DNA of 45,442 nt, from assembly GCA_002009975.1 (NCBI GenBank), contig MTLP01000001.1, positions 1 through 45,442 on the forward strand, written 5' to 3'. This document shows, piece by piece, positions 31,033 through 40,006 of the stretch (position 1 is its first letter; every line of letters starts with the position of its first letter). Both the position numbers and the translations under genes were made by a program. The DNA comes from Thermococcus sp. JdFR-02. GTDB taxonomy: Archaea; Methanobacteriota_B; Thermococci; Thermococcales; Thermococcaceae. The notes under the pieces were generated by a model. The model was not told where the DNA came from, ran no database searches, and worked only from the letters and a program-made list of their open reading frames with translations.

Positions 31033-31413
31033 TTATATTCCTCCTTTTTGCTCTTGTTGAGTTAGATACCTTAAACTATTTCTAATGTGGATAAGTTCTT
31101 GTCTGATTTGCCATCTCTCAATTAAAGAGTACAACAACACGAGAGCGACAAAGTCTCTTAGACTTCCACTCATAGCAAAAGATATTGCAATAATCCCTAA
31201 CAAAATATACCTAACTACTAATTCTCCGGGATCCTGGTCAATATTTCCAAGATTAAGCTCCTTTTTAAGACTTTGAATTTCATTTTTAACCGGATAAAAA
31301 GCTGAGAGGAATGCAAATAGAATAAAGGATAAAAAATGAATCTCCTGTTTACTAAAAGCATATGTCAGTAGTGATAACACTGAAATCCCTATTGAGATAA
31401 TATCAAACTTCAT
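31033..31413 (-). CDS. 4-TM membrane protein (putative immunity)
   Basis: Two TM hairpins; follows cassette 1. Confidence 0.75.
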   Translation of the reverse strand: MKFDIISIGISVLSLLTYAFSKQEIHFLSFILFAFLSAFYPVKNEIQSLKKELNLGNIDQDPGELVVRYILLGIIAISFAMSGSLRDFVALVLLYSLIERWQIRQELIHIRNSLRYLTQQEQKGGI

Positions 31414-31434
31414 ATGTACCACCCTCCAAAATTG

Positions 31435-31998
31435 TCACTTTCCAGATATATCTTTCCAAATACCTTGACCAATATTTCTAACAAACAGAAATACTTGGAT
31501 AGCTGTTTTTACTGGTTCTGGTATTGGGGTCATTTCGACCATCACAGTTCCAATGTATTCTACTGGAGCATATGCCAATCCAAGGGGTGCAACTATCATT
31601 AATCCACCTTTTTTAATACCTCCTTCGGCATCCTCTCTCCAGTACTCACTTCCTTCATACCTTGCTATTATAACGTTGTCTAGGATTTTATCCCCGAGAT
31701 TTTCTATCCACAAGGTTATGCTTAAGTAGTGTGGTGTGTCTGGTCTGTCCCTGGTATAGTAACAATTCCCGCCAGAACAACTCCAGTGAGTCGTATAAGG
31801 TGTCAAGTCTCTGACGTCATCTAATCCTAAGGCACTTGCCAATCTTTCATCCAAAGGAACCAATGATGGATTACAATTCATGCTTGCAATAACGTTCCCC
31901 ACGGGTATCACTTCCACCCTAACCTCGCTCCAGTGCTCTTTCCCTTTTTCATTTGGCTTTCCGTTATAGTTGTTAAGTGTAAATAAAAGCCAATCCAA
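31435..31998 (-). pseudogene. Orphan alternative C-terminal cassette 1
   Basis: Begins LFTLNNYNGKPNEKGKEHWSEVRV, homologous to internal LFLDNYDGEPNGIGEEHWDEVRV of the 1002-aa protein, then diverges. Confidence 0.75.
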
Positions 31999-32011
31999 AG
32001 GGCACCTACTA

Positions 32012-32356
32012 TCACTTGGTTATATTCGATTTATCCTCGGGCCTTCTTGTTAGTATTGCAAGAATTCCTAAGCCTGTTGAGATGCCCCACAACGTTCCAA
32101 GGGAGAGAGCCAGAATTAGATTATCGGTTACTGCCCATGCTGGAAGGACATAGAGTGGAAAGCTAACTACAATGCCTATAATGGCTTTCTCCTTTAGGGG
32201 CAACGCTTTCTTCCAGTAAAATGTAATGAACCCGATAAGATATGCAGTAATCAGGAACTGTGGGAGTAAATATTTCGCAAGATAAAACGCGCTCGCTACC
32301 GCGATAAGAAACATAAAAAAGGCAGGAAGTACAAATTTGTTCTTGGTTATCGGCAT
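32012..32356 (-). CDS. 4-TM membrane protein (putative cognate immunity)
   Basis: Four hydrophobic segments; RBS GGAGGTGA is the TGG AGG TGA end of the large gene. Confidence 0.78.
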   Translation of the reverse strand: MPITKNKFVLPAFFMFLIAVASAFYLAKYLLPQFLITAYLIGFITFYWKKALPLKEKAIIGIVVSFPLYVLPAWAVTDNLILALSLGTLWGISTGLGILAILTRRPEDKSNITK

Positions 32357-32361
32357 TGTAC

Positions 32362-35300
32362 TCACCTCCAGCTCCATGCTCGTCTGATAAAGTCAGCGAT
32401 TACTGGTGCCAACTCTCCAAGTCCCTTTAGAACCTTTCCTGCACGTATGAGCTTTGCTGAAACAATAATTGCTTTAACTTCACCACCAATTAATACAGCA
32501 TTCGTTCCAACGTCCACTATTACGTCACTGTTGTCCTGCTTTATATTCACCACATCGAAGCCTGTGAAAGTAATGTCTTCTGCGTTCTGTGGAGAGATTA
32601 TGTATTCTATTGATACTCCAACGTAAGTTCCAAACAAGTCTTTCTCAAGTGTTATTAATCCCGTATGGGCAGTGTTTTTGAAAACTATTTCTGCAGTTTG
32701 GGAAGGTTCCACCTTAGCTGGATATTCAATCATCCATGCAGATTCTAATGATTCCATGAACTCTTGATTCTCAATTGACCAGTTTTCAACACTTACAGAG
32801 TTTATACTAACATCATTTTGAGTAGGATTGTAAATAATAGCCCTACAAACCAATTTAGCCTTGTATTCTATGCCGTTCCAGTTAAATTCGGGATCATTGC
32901 ATTCGAATGCTACTTGTTGTAGTTCTGTTTCGTTGCTTGGGTGTACTATCACTCTTACTTCGTCCCAGTGCTCTTCGCCTATTCCGTTAGGCTCACCATC
33001 GTAGTTGTCGAGGAAGAGGGTGTAAGTGTGGGTTCCAACGCCAGAAACTTGCAGGCTGAATGAAGTTAAAGTGTAATCCTGAGCACTCGCTGGTAATGTT
33101 GTACTAACCCTCTTGATCACTGCACCATCCTCATCCACAACATAACCAAACAATGAATAAGCATTGCCCAAGTAATTCGAAGCTTTAACCGTAAAAACCA
33201 CAGTACCACCACCCACAATCTCCGTTGGCATTGCCTCCAAACTAACACCAAACTGAGCATTCGCCGGCACTACATTTACAGTGCCCTCCCTGTAAGACGC
33301 AGTCCCCCAAGGCACCGAAACCATAACCCCCCACACATATCTTCCCACTTTTTCCGGAGTCCAGTAAAGCTTAAACGTTGCACTCTTTCCACCATTCAAT
33401 GAAACAGACTCACTATAAACTTCAGAACCATTAACTTTTAACTTTAGTGTGAAACTCTTAGACGAGCTGTAAGTATTCTTAACTTTGACCCTAAATTCTG
33501 CAGTGTCACCAACTCTCGGTGGATTTGGATAAAGTTCAACGCTTTCGATTGTTAAGTTGCCGGAGTCTGTACTACTGTCATCGTCTTCCACCTTTATTGT
33601 TCCCACTGCATATGTTGTCCCATCAACCTTTGCGTAGTAGGTTCTTTCGCCTGGTGTATTGAAAGTTAACTGCAGAGTCTTGGTTTTAGTTTCGCCAGCT
33701 GGAACTGTGAGTGTATCCTCTTTAGATTTCCCGCCAGCAGTGACCAGCAAATTGAACGTTTTATCACTCGTCATGTAATTGGTTATCGTGAAGGTAAACT
33801 CTACTGGTTCATTAACTTTCACAATAGCCTTTGAAACGGAAACTTGAGAATCGAACAGCTGAATTGTTTTTGAGACTGTTTTTATAACCATTGCCTCCTC
33901 ACCACAGCCTGCTGGAGCGCTTAAAACTTCCTCTCCACCGGGAACACTGTTTATATTGTTGCACCATTTTGTGTAGGTGACTTTTATGGTTTTGCTGAGC
34001 GTTATCTCCTGAGCATTGCTTGGAATGTCCTCAGTGAAGTAACTTCCCACGGGCAAAGTTATTGCTCTACTTTCCCCAGCTCCCAAGTCAAATGGTCCGT
34101 ATTCTTTATTCCCATCAATGTAAATGTTGATGTTTGTTGCCTGAGCATTCTCTGCCCTAACAGTGATCTGAACCTTATAGGAAGCTTTATCTGGAGTTAT
34201 TGAATTAGCAATAATTTCACCATTGATGTACAGAACAGTCTCTCCAGTGTTTGGATCTAAGGCTTCTTGGGTAAGTGGATCTTCTAGGTTTTCACCAGTG
34301 GTGAAAGTGCTTGGAGGCTTAATTGGTGGGAATGGCTTGATAGGACTGTCACATGAATAGCTTATCATCGAAGAAACTTTAACTGCGATTAATGCTTCCT
34401 TCAACTCTGCAATCTTTCCGTTTAAAATTAATTTTAACTCCTCATTATCATTCCCAAAGTCTTTTGCTAACAGTAGCGTTTTTATTTGTGAAGCCTTTTC
34501 GTAAGATTCTAAAGCCTTCCAGTAATATTGTACTTTGTATGTCTCATAGCATATAACTCCATTCTTAATCTTACTTCTTTTTTCTGTGCCACCATCTAAG
34601 ATCAAAATACCGTTAGAACTGTAAGTACTCCCAGAACTACTAATCACTCCATAAATTTTATCCTTAAGCCTTTGAATTGTCGTCAATTGCTCATCAAGCG
34701 TTCCATTATAGTAAGCTTTGTAAAAATTAGTCCACTCCCCCTGAAGTTGGGGCAAAATTATATTCTCTCCTTCGGGAATGCTAGCATTCTCCGCATTACT
34801 CCACTTCCATTTCTCCAGTGCCCATGTTTCGTAGTAGTTGTATTTGAAGCCAACCTCAATGAAAGCTAAGCTGAAATCTTCCAAAAACTTGGTTAAATTA
34901 AAATCTTCATTAATTTGATCAGAATTCTCAATAATGTACTGTTCTAAGGCTTTAATCTCATCATCACTCCAGCCCTGTTCCTTCAAAGCCTGGATTGTCT
35001 CCTCAGGCAAACCATTTTGAGAAATATTTTGAGCCAGCTCCCTAAGCTCCTCTGCAGTATAGTAAGTCTTAACTCCCGAATTTTTAATCTCCTCCAGACT
35101 CTGCCATATTAATGCTGAAATTTGAGCAGCATTTTGTGAACCATTTTGAGAATTCTTGATTAGCTCCTGAGCTAAATTTTCAATTTGATTTGGGTCATTA
35201 GTATTGTTCAGCTGAACTATTAATTCTGCTTCTCTGTTTAAGATTTTCCAGAATTCTTCATAGGCTTGGTTATCTAATGCTGAGACATAAATACTCTGAT

Positions 35301-35370
35301 TTTCTGCTACAATAAAACTTAAACTAATCATTAGATATATTATGACTAAGCTTACTATTTTTCTCATCAT
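32362..35370 (-). CDS. Large secreted protein: helical N-domain, Pro linker, CARDB/Ig-like repeats, amphipathic C-terminal tip (putative polymorphic toxin)
   Basis: Signal peptide; Q/E/N-rich helices; PIKPFPPIKPP; repeats such as PNPPRVGDTAEFRVKVKN; cationic hydrophobic C-terminus. Confidence 0.85.
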   Translation of the reverse strand: MMRKIVSLVIIYLMISLSFIVAENQSIYVSALDNQAYEEFWKILNREAELIVQLNNTNDPNQIENLAQELIKNSQNGSQNAAQISALIWQSLEEIKNSGVKTYYTAEELRELAQNISQNGLPEETIQALKEQGWSDDEIKALEQYIIENSDQINEDFNLTKFLEDFSLAFIEVGFKYNYYETWALEKWKWSNAENASIPEGENIILPQLQGEWTNFYKAYYNGTLDEQLTTIQRLKDKIYGVISSSGSTYSSNGILILDGGTEKRSKIKNGVICYETYKVQYYWKALESYEKASQIKTLLLAKDFGNDNEELKLILNGKIAELKEALIAVKVSSMISYSCDSPIKPFPPIKPPSTFTTGENLEDPLTQEALDPNTGETVLYINGEIIANSITPDKASYKVQITVRAENAQATNINIYIDGNKEYGPFDLGAGESRAITLPVGSYFTEDIPSNAQEITLSKTIKVTYTKWCNNINSVPGGEEVLSAPAGCGEEAMVIKTVSKTIQLFDSQVSVSKAIVKVNEPVEFTFTITNYMTSDKTFNLLVTAGGKSKEDTLTVPAGETKTKTLQLTFNTPGERTYYAKVDGTTYAVGTIKVEDDDSSTDSGNLTIESVELYPNPPRVGDTAEFRVKVKNTYSSSKSFTLKLKVNGSEVYSESVSLNGGKSATFKLYWTPEKVGRYVWGVMVSVPWGTASYREGTVNVVPANAQFGVSLEAMPTEIVGGGTVVFTVKASNYLGNAYSLFGYVVDEDGAVIKRVSTTLPASAQDYTLTSFSLQVSGVGTHTYTLFLDNYDGEPNGIGEEHWDEVRVIVHPSNETELQQVAFECNDPEFNWNGIEYKAKLVCRAIIYNPTQNDVSINSVSVENWSIENQEFMESLESAWMIEYPAKVEPSQTAEIVFKNTAHTGLITLEKDLFGTYVGVSIEYIISPQNAEDITFTGFDVVNIKQDNSDVIVDVGTNAVLIGGEVKAIIVSAKLIRAGKVLKGLGELAPVIADFIRRAWSWR

Positions 35371-35410
35371 CCATCACCCTATCAGTAATCATGAAAGAAA
35401 TAACTACGAG

Positions 35411-35476
35411 CAAATATAAATACTTTTTCTATGCAAATTTTGCTTATCACTTTAGATAGTATGCAAAATATGCATA
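35411..35476 (-). promoter_or_regulatory. BRE/TATA promoter with two upstream palindromic operator-like boxes
   Basis: Minus strand AGAAAAAG-TATTTATAT; TATGCA-N5-TGCTTA (35430-35446) and TATGCA-N5-TGCATA (35460-35476). Confidence 0.6.
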
Positions 35477-35513
35477 AATCCCTCTTGGTGATAAAAGATA
35501 ACAAAAGTAGAAT

Positions 35514-35927
35514 TCACTTCAGGATACCTTCCAAAACCAAAATCTTTTTCTGTCTCAAATACACAACGGGAATCCCCCTTTCTCTAAGCTTTTTCTTTAA
35601 CCCCTTATCATTAGTGCACACTATGACATTTGATCTTTTTAGTGCAAACTCATAAATCTGCTCATCAGTAGGCTTTTCTCCAAATTTTCCGATATCTATT
35701 ATTTCAAACCTCTCAATTAACTGTCTCGCCATTCTAATGGCAACTAAATCTTTCCCTCGTGATTTCTTTTCTATAAGGTCTAACTCTTTAATCACAACAT
35801 TAGGAATTACAACTTTGAAATTAACGTCAAGAACTCTCTTTAGTTCGCCAATTATATCAACACCAAACTGACCGGGAATCAGGAGAAAATTCGTGTCCGG
35901 AACAACAAGATAGCCTTTCTTTTCCAT
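35514..35927 (-). CDS. PIN-domain protein (Fcf1/Utp24-like)
   Basis: VPDTNFL, EL, TDE, CTND; conserved after eIF2gamma. Confidence 0.92.
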   Translation of the reverse strand: MEKKGYLVVPDTNFLLIPGQFGVDIIGELKRVLDVNFKVVIPNVVIKELDLIEKKSRGKDLVAIRMARQLIERFEIIDIGKFGEKPTDEQIYEFALKRSNVIVCTNDKGLKKKLRERGIPVVYLRQKKILVLEGILK

Positions 35928-35956
35928 ATAACTCACCAAAAAAGAAGTAAGAAATG

Positions 35957-37189
35957 TCACTCCTTAATTAAGCCATATCCAATTAAGCGCCATCTTGATC
36001 CTACTTGCCTGCTTATTGCCACCCTTTCTCCAACTTCTGCACATATGGGTATTTGGAGCTTTAGCTCAATCTCGTCTTTTCCTAAGCCTGTGACAAGTCC
36101 CATTGTTCTTGCAGTTCCAACGTTCAAAAGCAAAACTTCTCTTTTCTTTATTGGTTCAACTTTAAGCTCTTCCTCAGTTCCAACAACCCTATCCAGAAGA
36201 TGAACTTCTATTCTAAGTGTATCCCACACTGGTGGCAATTTTCCAGGCTTTCCTACTACATTTCCAGCCATTAAATCGTTCTTAGTCAAGAAGGGATCTA
36301 ATTTAGTTCCAATTCCAACCAATCCACCGGGATAAGCTTCATCTACGAAACGACCTCCAGCTTGAAGGGAAACTATCTCAGTAACTATTGGCTCATATCT
36401 AATCCTTCCATGCTCCTCATATGGAACACCTGGTCTTATTTCAATTTCGTCCCCTACTCTTAACTTCCCTTGGATTATTGAACCACCTATTACTCCCCCA
36501 ACAAGTTTTTCTGGTGGAGTTCCAGGCTTATTCACATCAAAACTCCTTAAGACAAGCATTTTAGGTGGCTTATTTGGATCCCTCTCTGGAGTTGGGATAA
36601 AATCTTCAATTGCTTTAATTAAAATGTCAATGTTCGCTCCATGCAAAGCTGAGATTGGAATTATTGGAGCATTTTCTGCAACAGTTCCTTTAACAAACTC
36701 CTTAATTTGCTTGTAGTTTTCTAAAACTTGTTCTTTTGTAACTAATTCAATCTTATTTTGAACTATGATGATGTTCCTATTTCCAATGATTTGAAGAGCC
36801 ATTAAGTGTTCTTTAGTTTGAGGCTTTGGGCACGGTTCATTTGCCGCGATAACCAAAATTGCACCATCCATTAATGAAGCACCAGCCAACATTGTTGTCA
36901 TCAAAGCCTCGTGTCCCGGAGAATCTATGAAAGAAACTCTTCTTTCAAACTCAGTTTCATGCCCACAATAGGGACAAACTGGAGAAGTAGAATATTTCCC
37001 ACAATTTGGACATTTCCTTATCTCGGCATCGGCAAACCCTATTTTTATTGTAATTCCTCTCCTCAGCTCTTCACTATGAGTGTCTGTCCAGATACCAGTT
37101 AATGCCCTTGTAAGCGTCGTTTTACCGTGATCAACGTGACCAACCATACCAATATTAACTTCAGCTTGCTTAAACTTCTTTTTTGACAT
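35957..37189 (-). CDS. eif2g: Translation initiation factor 2 gamma subunit
   Basis: [31 protein letters not shown]. Confidence 0.98.
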   Translation of the reverse strand: MSKKKFKQAEVNIGMVGHVDHGKTTLTRALTGIWTDTHSEELRRGITIKIGFADAEIRKCPNCGKYSTSPVCPYCGHETEFERRVSFIDSPGHEALMTTMLAGASLMDGAILVIAANEPCPKPQTKEHLMALQIIGNRNIIIVQNKIELVTKEQVLENYKQIKEFVKGTVAENAPIIPISALHGANIDILIKAIEDFIPTPERDPNKPPKMLVLRSFDVNKPGTPPEKLVGGVIGGSIIQGKLRVGDEIEIRPGVPYEEHGRIRYEPIVTEIVSLQAGGRFVDEAYPGGLVGIGTKLDPFLTKNDLMAGNVVGKPGKLPPVWDTLRIEVHLLDRVVGTEEELKVEPIKKREVLLLNVGTARTMGLVTGLGKDEIELKLQIPICAEVGERVAISRQVGSRWRLIGYGLIKE

Positions 37190-37331
37190 GAGAATCACCT
37201 CACCTACACTATACCATGAAAGCTGACTTTATTAATGTTACCACATCTTGAATAAATCCATCCCAAAACTCGCAAATTTTAGAATTAAATGACACGATAT
37301 AATATGGGAGAAAGATAGAGAGGAGCCATTA

Positions 37332-37715
37332 TCACTCCTCATACACAATAACCGTATTTATTTGAGCAATTTCTGGGCTGATAGTATTTCCTCTTACTGT
37401 TTTCTTCCTTCTTTCACCTTTCTTTTCTGGTCTAAATCCTGGTCCTCTTGAAACTAAGATCCTAACTCTCCTTGGACCATGGACATCTGGTCTCATTGGA
37501 AATCCATCTTTATCAGTTCCGCCCGTGATCTTTATCTTTACTTTTCCTTTGATCTCTATGTCAAATATCTTACCTAGATCAAGACCCAGTGCGCTTGGCT
37601 CAATTGTGTCCCCAATCCTTAATCCAATTAAGTTCTCAGCTTGAGCACCACTAATTTCAACTTGCTTTGCAACTCCACTTTTAGGGTCTGAAATCACAAC
37701 CTTAAAAGTTGCCAT
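37332..37715 (-). CDS. rps6e: 30S ribosomal protein S6e
   Basis: [22 protein letters not shown]. Confidence 0.97.
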   Translation of the reverse strand: MATFKVVISDPKSGVAKQVEISGAQAENLIGLRIGDTIEPSALGLDLGKIFDIEIKGKVKIKITGGTDKDGFPMRPDVHGPRRVRILVSRGPGFRPEKKGERRKKTVRGNTISPEIAQINTVIVYEE

Positions 37716-37863
37716 TTCCTCCCACCTCCAGATCTTCATAAGCGGGATTCACTCGAACCCCTTCCAAGATGGCTAAAGTCCATGCATTTAAAAATTTTCC
37801 TATCGAATAGGCAAAACTTTTTATAGAGATAGTATTTAAATCGCAAACAAGAGGTGGAATATC

Positions 37864-38034
37864 ATGGCTAAGGAAAAAGCAACATTACCCCCCACTGGTG
37901 CGGGATTGATGAGGTTTTTTGATGAAGATACGAGAGCAATAAAGATAAGCCCAAGAGGAGCAATAGCAATAGTTTTGATTTTTGTAGCCATAGAGATACT
38001 CCTACACGTCTTTGGGGTTCAGCTACTCGGCTAA
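37864..38034 (+). CDS. secG: Preprotein translocase subunit Sec61beta
   Basis: Manual translation MAKEKATLPPTGAGLMRFFDEDTRAIKISPRG + TM helix; RBS GAGGTG. Confidence 0.95.
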   Translation: MAKEKATLPPTGAGLMRFFDEDTRAIKISPRGAIAIVLIFVAIEILLHVFGVQLLG

Positions 38035-38693
38035 ATTAACGTCCTCTTTAATCCTCTCGCATTTAACTCTTCGTTTACTATTCTCCTCACTGAGTCCTCT
38101 ATATATCCCTTTACCAACTTCTCAACATCTGCTTTTATTTGATCTATATCATGCCTTAAGCCTTCTAAAAGCCTTATATATTCCTTAGCCATCTCCAGCT
38201 GTCCTTCTTGCTTTATTAACTGCTCTTTTAAGTGTTCAAAGTCTTCTTTAATAACCTGCAGTTTTTTAAGTTCCCTCCTTAGCTCCTCAACTTGCTTTGA
38301 GAGTTGGTAGTTTTCTTCCTTGTACTTATTAATGACCTTTTCCTTTTCTTCCAGCTCTCTAACTAAGGAGTTGTATTCCATAGCAATTTGGTTTAATCTT
38401 TCTATCTCTCTAAGTGGAGGAACCATCCCATTTCCTATGATTATTGCATCCCTTCCAACGTTCACAATGTCGTTTGGCTTTATCTTAATCTTTTTCTCTG
38501 TGGTAAACATCCCTGGATGGAATTCGCCTGTTTTTCCAATATTTTCAAGTACTTTCATCTTTAATATGAAATAGAATTGATCCCCTTCCACTTCAACGTT
38601 AATCCCTGTAACATAGCCCAATATCTTTCCATCAGTAAGAGAGATAACAAACCTATTCACCAATTGATTCCCCTGACCCTGTTGTTCAGACAT
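38031..38693 (-). CDS. PRC-barrel-like + coiled-coil protein
   Basis: VISLTDGKILGYV...DIVNVGRDAIII PRC-like pattern; long heptad-rich C-terminal half. Confidence 0.75.
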   Translation of the reverse strand: MSEQQGQGNQLVNRFVISLTDGKILGYVTGINVEVEGDQFYFILKMKVLENIGKTGEFHPGMFTTEKKIKIKPNDIVNVGRDAIIIGNGMVPPLREIERLNQIAMEYNSLVRELEEKEKVINKYKEENYQLSKQVEELRRELKKLQVIKEDFEHLKEQLIKQEGQLEMAKEYIRLLEGLRHDIDQIKADVEKLVKGYIEDSVRRIVNEELNARGLKRTLI

Positions 38694-38804
38694 AATGCTC
38701 ACCCGAAATATTTTTGAAATTTACATACTTAAGTCTTTTCAAATACTATTTCTGCAAATCCCAAACACTTTAAAAGGAGCAAGCAAAAACTAACTAACCT
38801 TCAG

Positions 38805-39386
38805 GTGAGACAAATGATAATATTCGTAGGTCGCTCAAACGTTGGAAAAAGCACTTTGATATATCAGTTAACTGGAAAAGACGTTAGAAGGGGTAAGAGA
38901 CCCGGAGTTACAAGAAAACCTGTCGAAATCAAGTGGAGAAATAGAACTATAATAGACATGCCAGGCTTTGGATTTATGCATGGAGTTCCAAAAAAAGTTC
39001 AAGAGAAAATTAAAACAGAGATAATTCACTTTATCGAAAATAACTCAGATAAGATTGAGCTTGCGGTTTTAGTAATTGATGGTAAAAGCGTTTTAGAAAT
39101 AATTGAGAGATGGGAAAAAAGGGGAGAGATACCTATTGATGTCGAGTTTTTTCAATTCCTTCAGGAGTTGAATATACCCACAATAGTCGCAGTGAACAAA
39201 ATGGATAAAATCAAGAATTTAGAGAGGGTTATGAACAGAATAATGGAAAAATTTGGACTAAATGGGAGTTGGAGCGACTATAGAGAAATTTTTATTCCGA
39301 TATCTGCAAAATTTGGAACTAATTTGGACGAATTAAGAAAAATAATGGAAAAGAAGATCAGAGAGTTTCAAGAACGACATGGGTAA
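38805..39386 (+). CDS. engB: GTP-binding protein EngB
   Basis: GRSNVGKS, PGVT, DMPG, NKMD, SAK. Confidence 0.95.
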   Translation: MRQMIIFVGRSNVGKSTLIYQLTGKDVRRGKRPGVTRKPVEIKWRNRTIIDMPGFGFMHGVPKKVQEKIKTEIIHFIENNSDKIELAVLVIDGKSVLEIIERWEKRGEIPIDVEFFQFLQELNIPTIVAVNKMDKIKNLERVMNRIMEKFGLNGSWSDYREIFIPISAKFGTNLDELRKIMEKKIREFQERHG

Positions 39387-39825
39387 TTGTTTCTCTAACA
39401 CCTTCAAGAGAAGCGACTTCTTCAAGAATTTCGTCAAGCTTTGTTTTGTCAGCTTCAACAATTAAATCAATATCTCCTGTAACCCTATAGATGCGCTTAA
39501 CCTTTAATTTTCTAATAGACTCGTAAACATCTTTCCTTTTTGTGGGTTCAATTTTCACAAATATAAACACATCTCCCTTCTTTTCTCCAAGAAGTTCCAA
39601 TGCTTTTTCCGTTAAGTCAATGAATCCCCTTCCAGTCCTGATATAGTTCAACTCCTTTAGAACTTTTAGATGATTGCTTAAAGCCTGTCTTGTTATTCCA
39701 AGTTCTTCTGCAAGTTCATCTTGAGTTTTCTCTACTGTATGTACTTCGATAGTTTTACCTTCTTTGTAAAGCTTCCTTAAAAGCTCAATTTGTCTAGTTG
39801 TGAGTGAAATTTTTTCATCTACCAT
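39358..39825 (-). CDS. Lrp/AsnC-family transcriptional regulator
   Basis: HTH TQDELAEELGITRQALSNHLK; RAM domain YRVTGDIDL. Confidence 0.9.
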   Translation of the reverse strand: MVDEKISLTTRQIELLRKLYKEGKTIEVHTVEKTQDELAEELGITRQALSNHLKVLKELNYIRTGRGFIDLTEKALELLGEKKGDVFIFVKIEPTKRKDVYESIRKLKVKRIYRVTGDIDLIVEADKTKLDEILEEVASLEGVRETITHVVLETL

Positions 39826-40006
39826 TCATGTTCCCTCCCAGTGATATCTTTGCCAATTATAAGTTTAAACTTTCAAAGTTTAATAAACTTTTTGGTTTTT
39901 GTAAAATTAAAATTTGTCAAGGAATAATAACCTAACCTTTCAATTATAAATTTTTCCATATCCTAATGGAGTTAAGTTTTTATTAGTTTTACTAAGATTT
40001 TAAAAC

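Larger units (their letters stand above)
24993..35370 (-). other. Accessory island: putative polymorphic toxin with orphan C-terminal cassettes and membrane immunity-gene array
   Basis: One full-length secreted protein, then alternating start-less C-terminal fragments and small TM genes, all co-oriented, interrupting a conserved housekeeping cluster. Confidence 0.7.

Noticed and set aside
24993-35370. Provirus or integrated plasmid / diversity-generating retroelement
   Set aside because: No integrase, replication, capsid or reverse transcriptase gene and no near-identical TR/VR pair seen
35444-35459. TATCAC as a TGM/TrmBL1 site
   Set aside because: Does not fit TATCAC-N5-GTGATA spacing or second half-site
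35431-35655. 74-aa plus-strand ORF
   Set aside because: Antisense to PIN gene and spans promoter region
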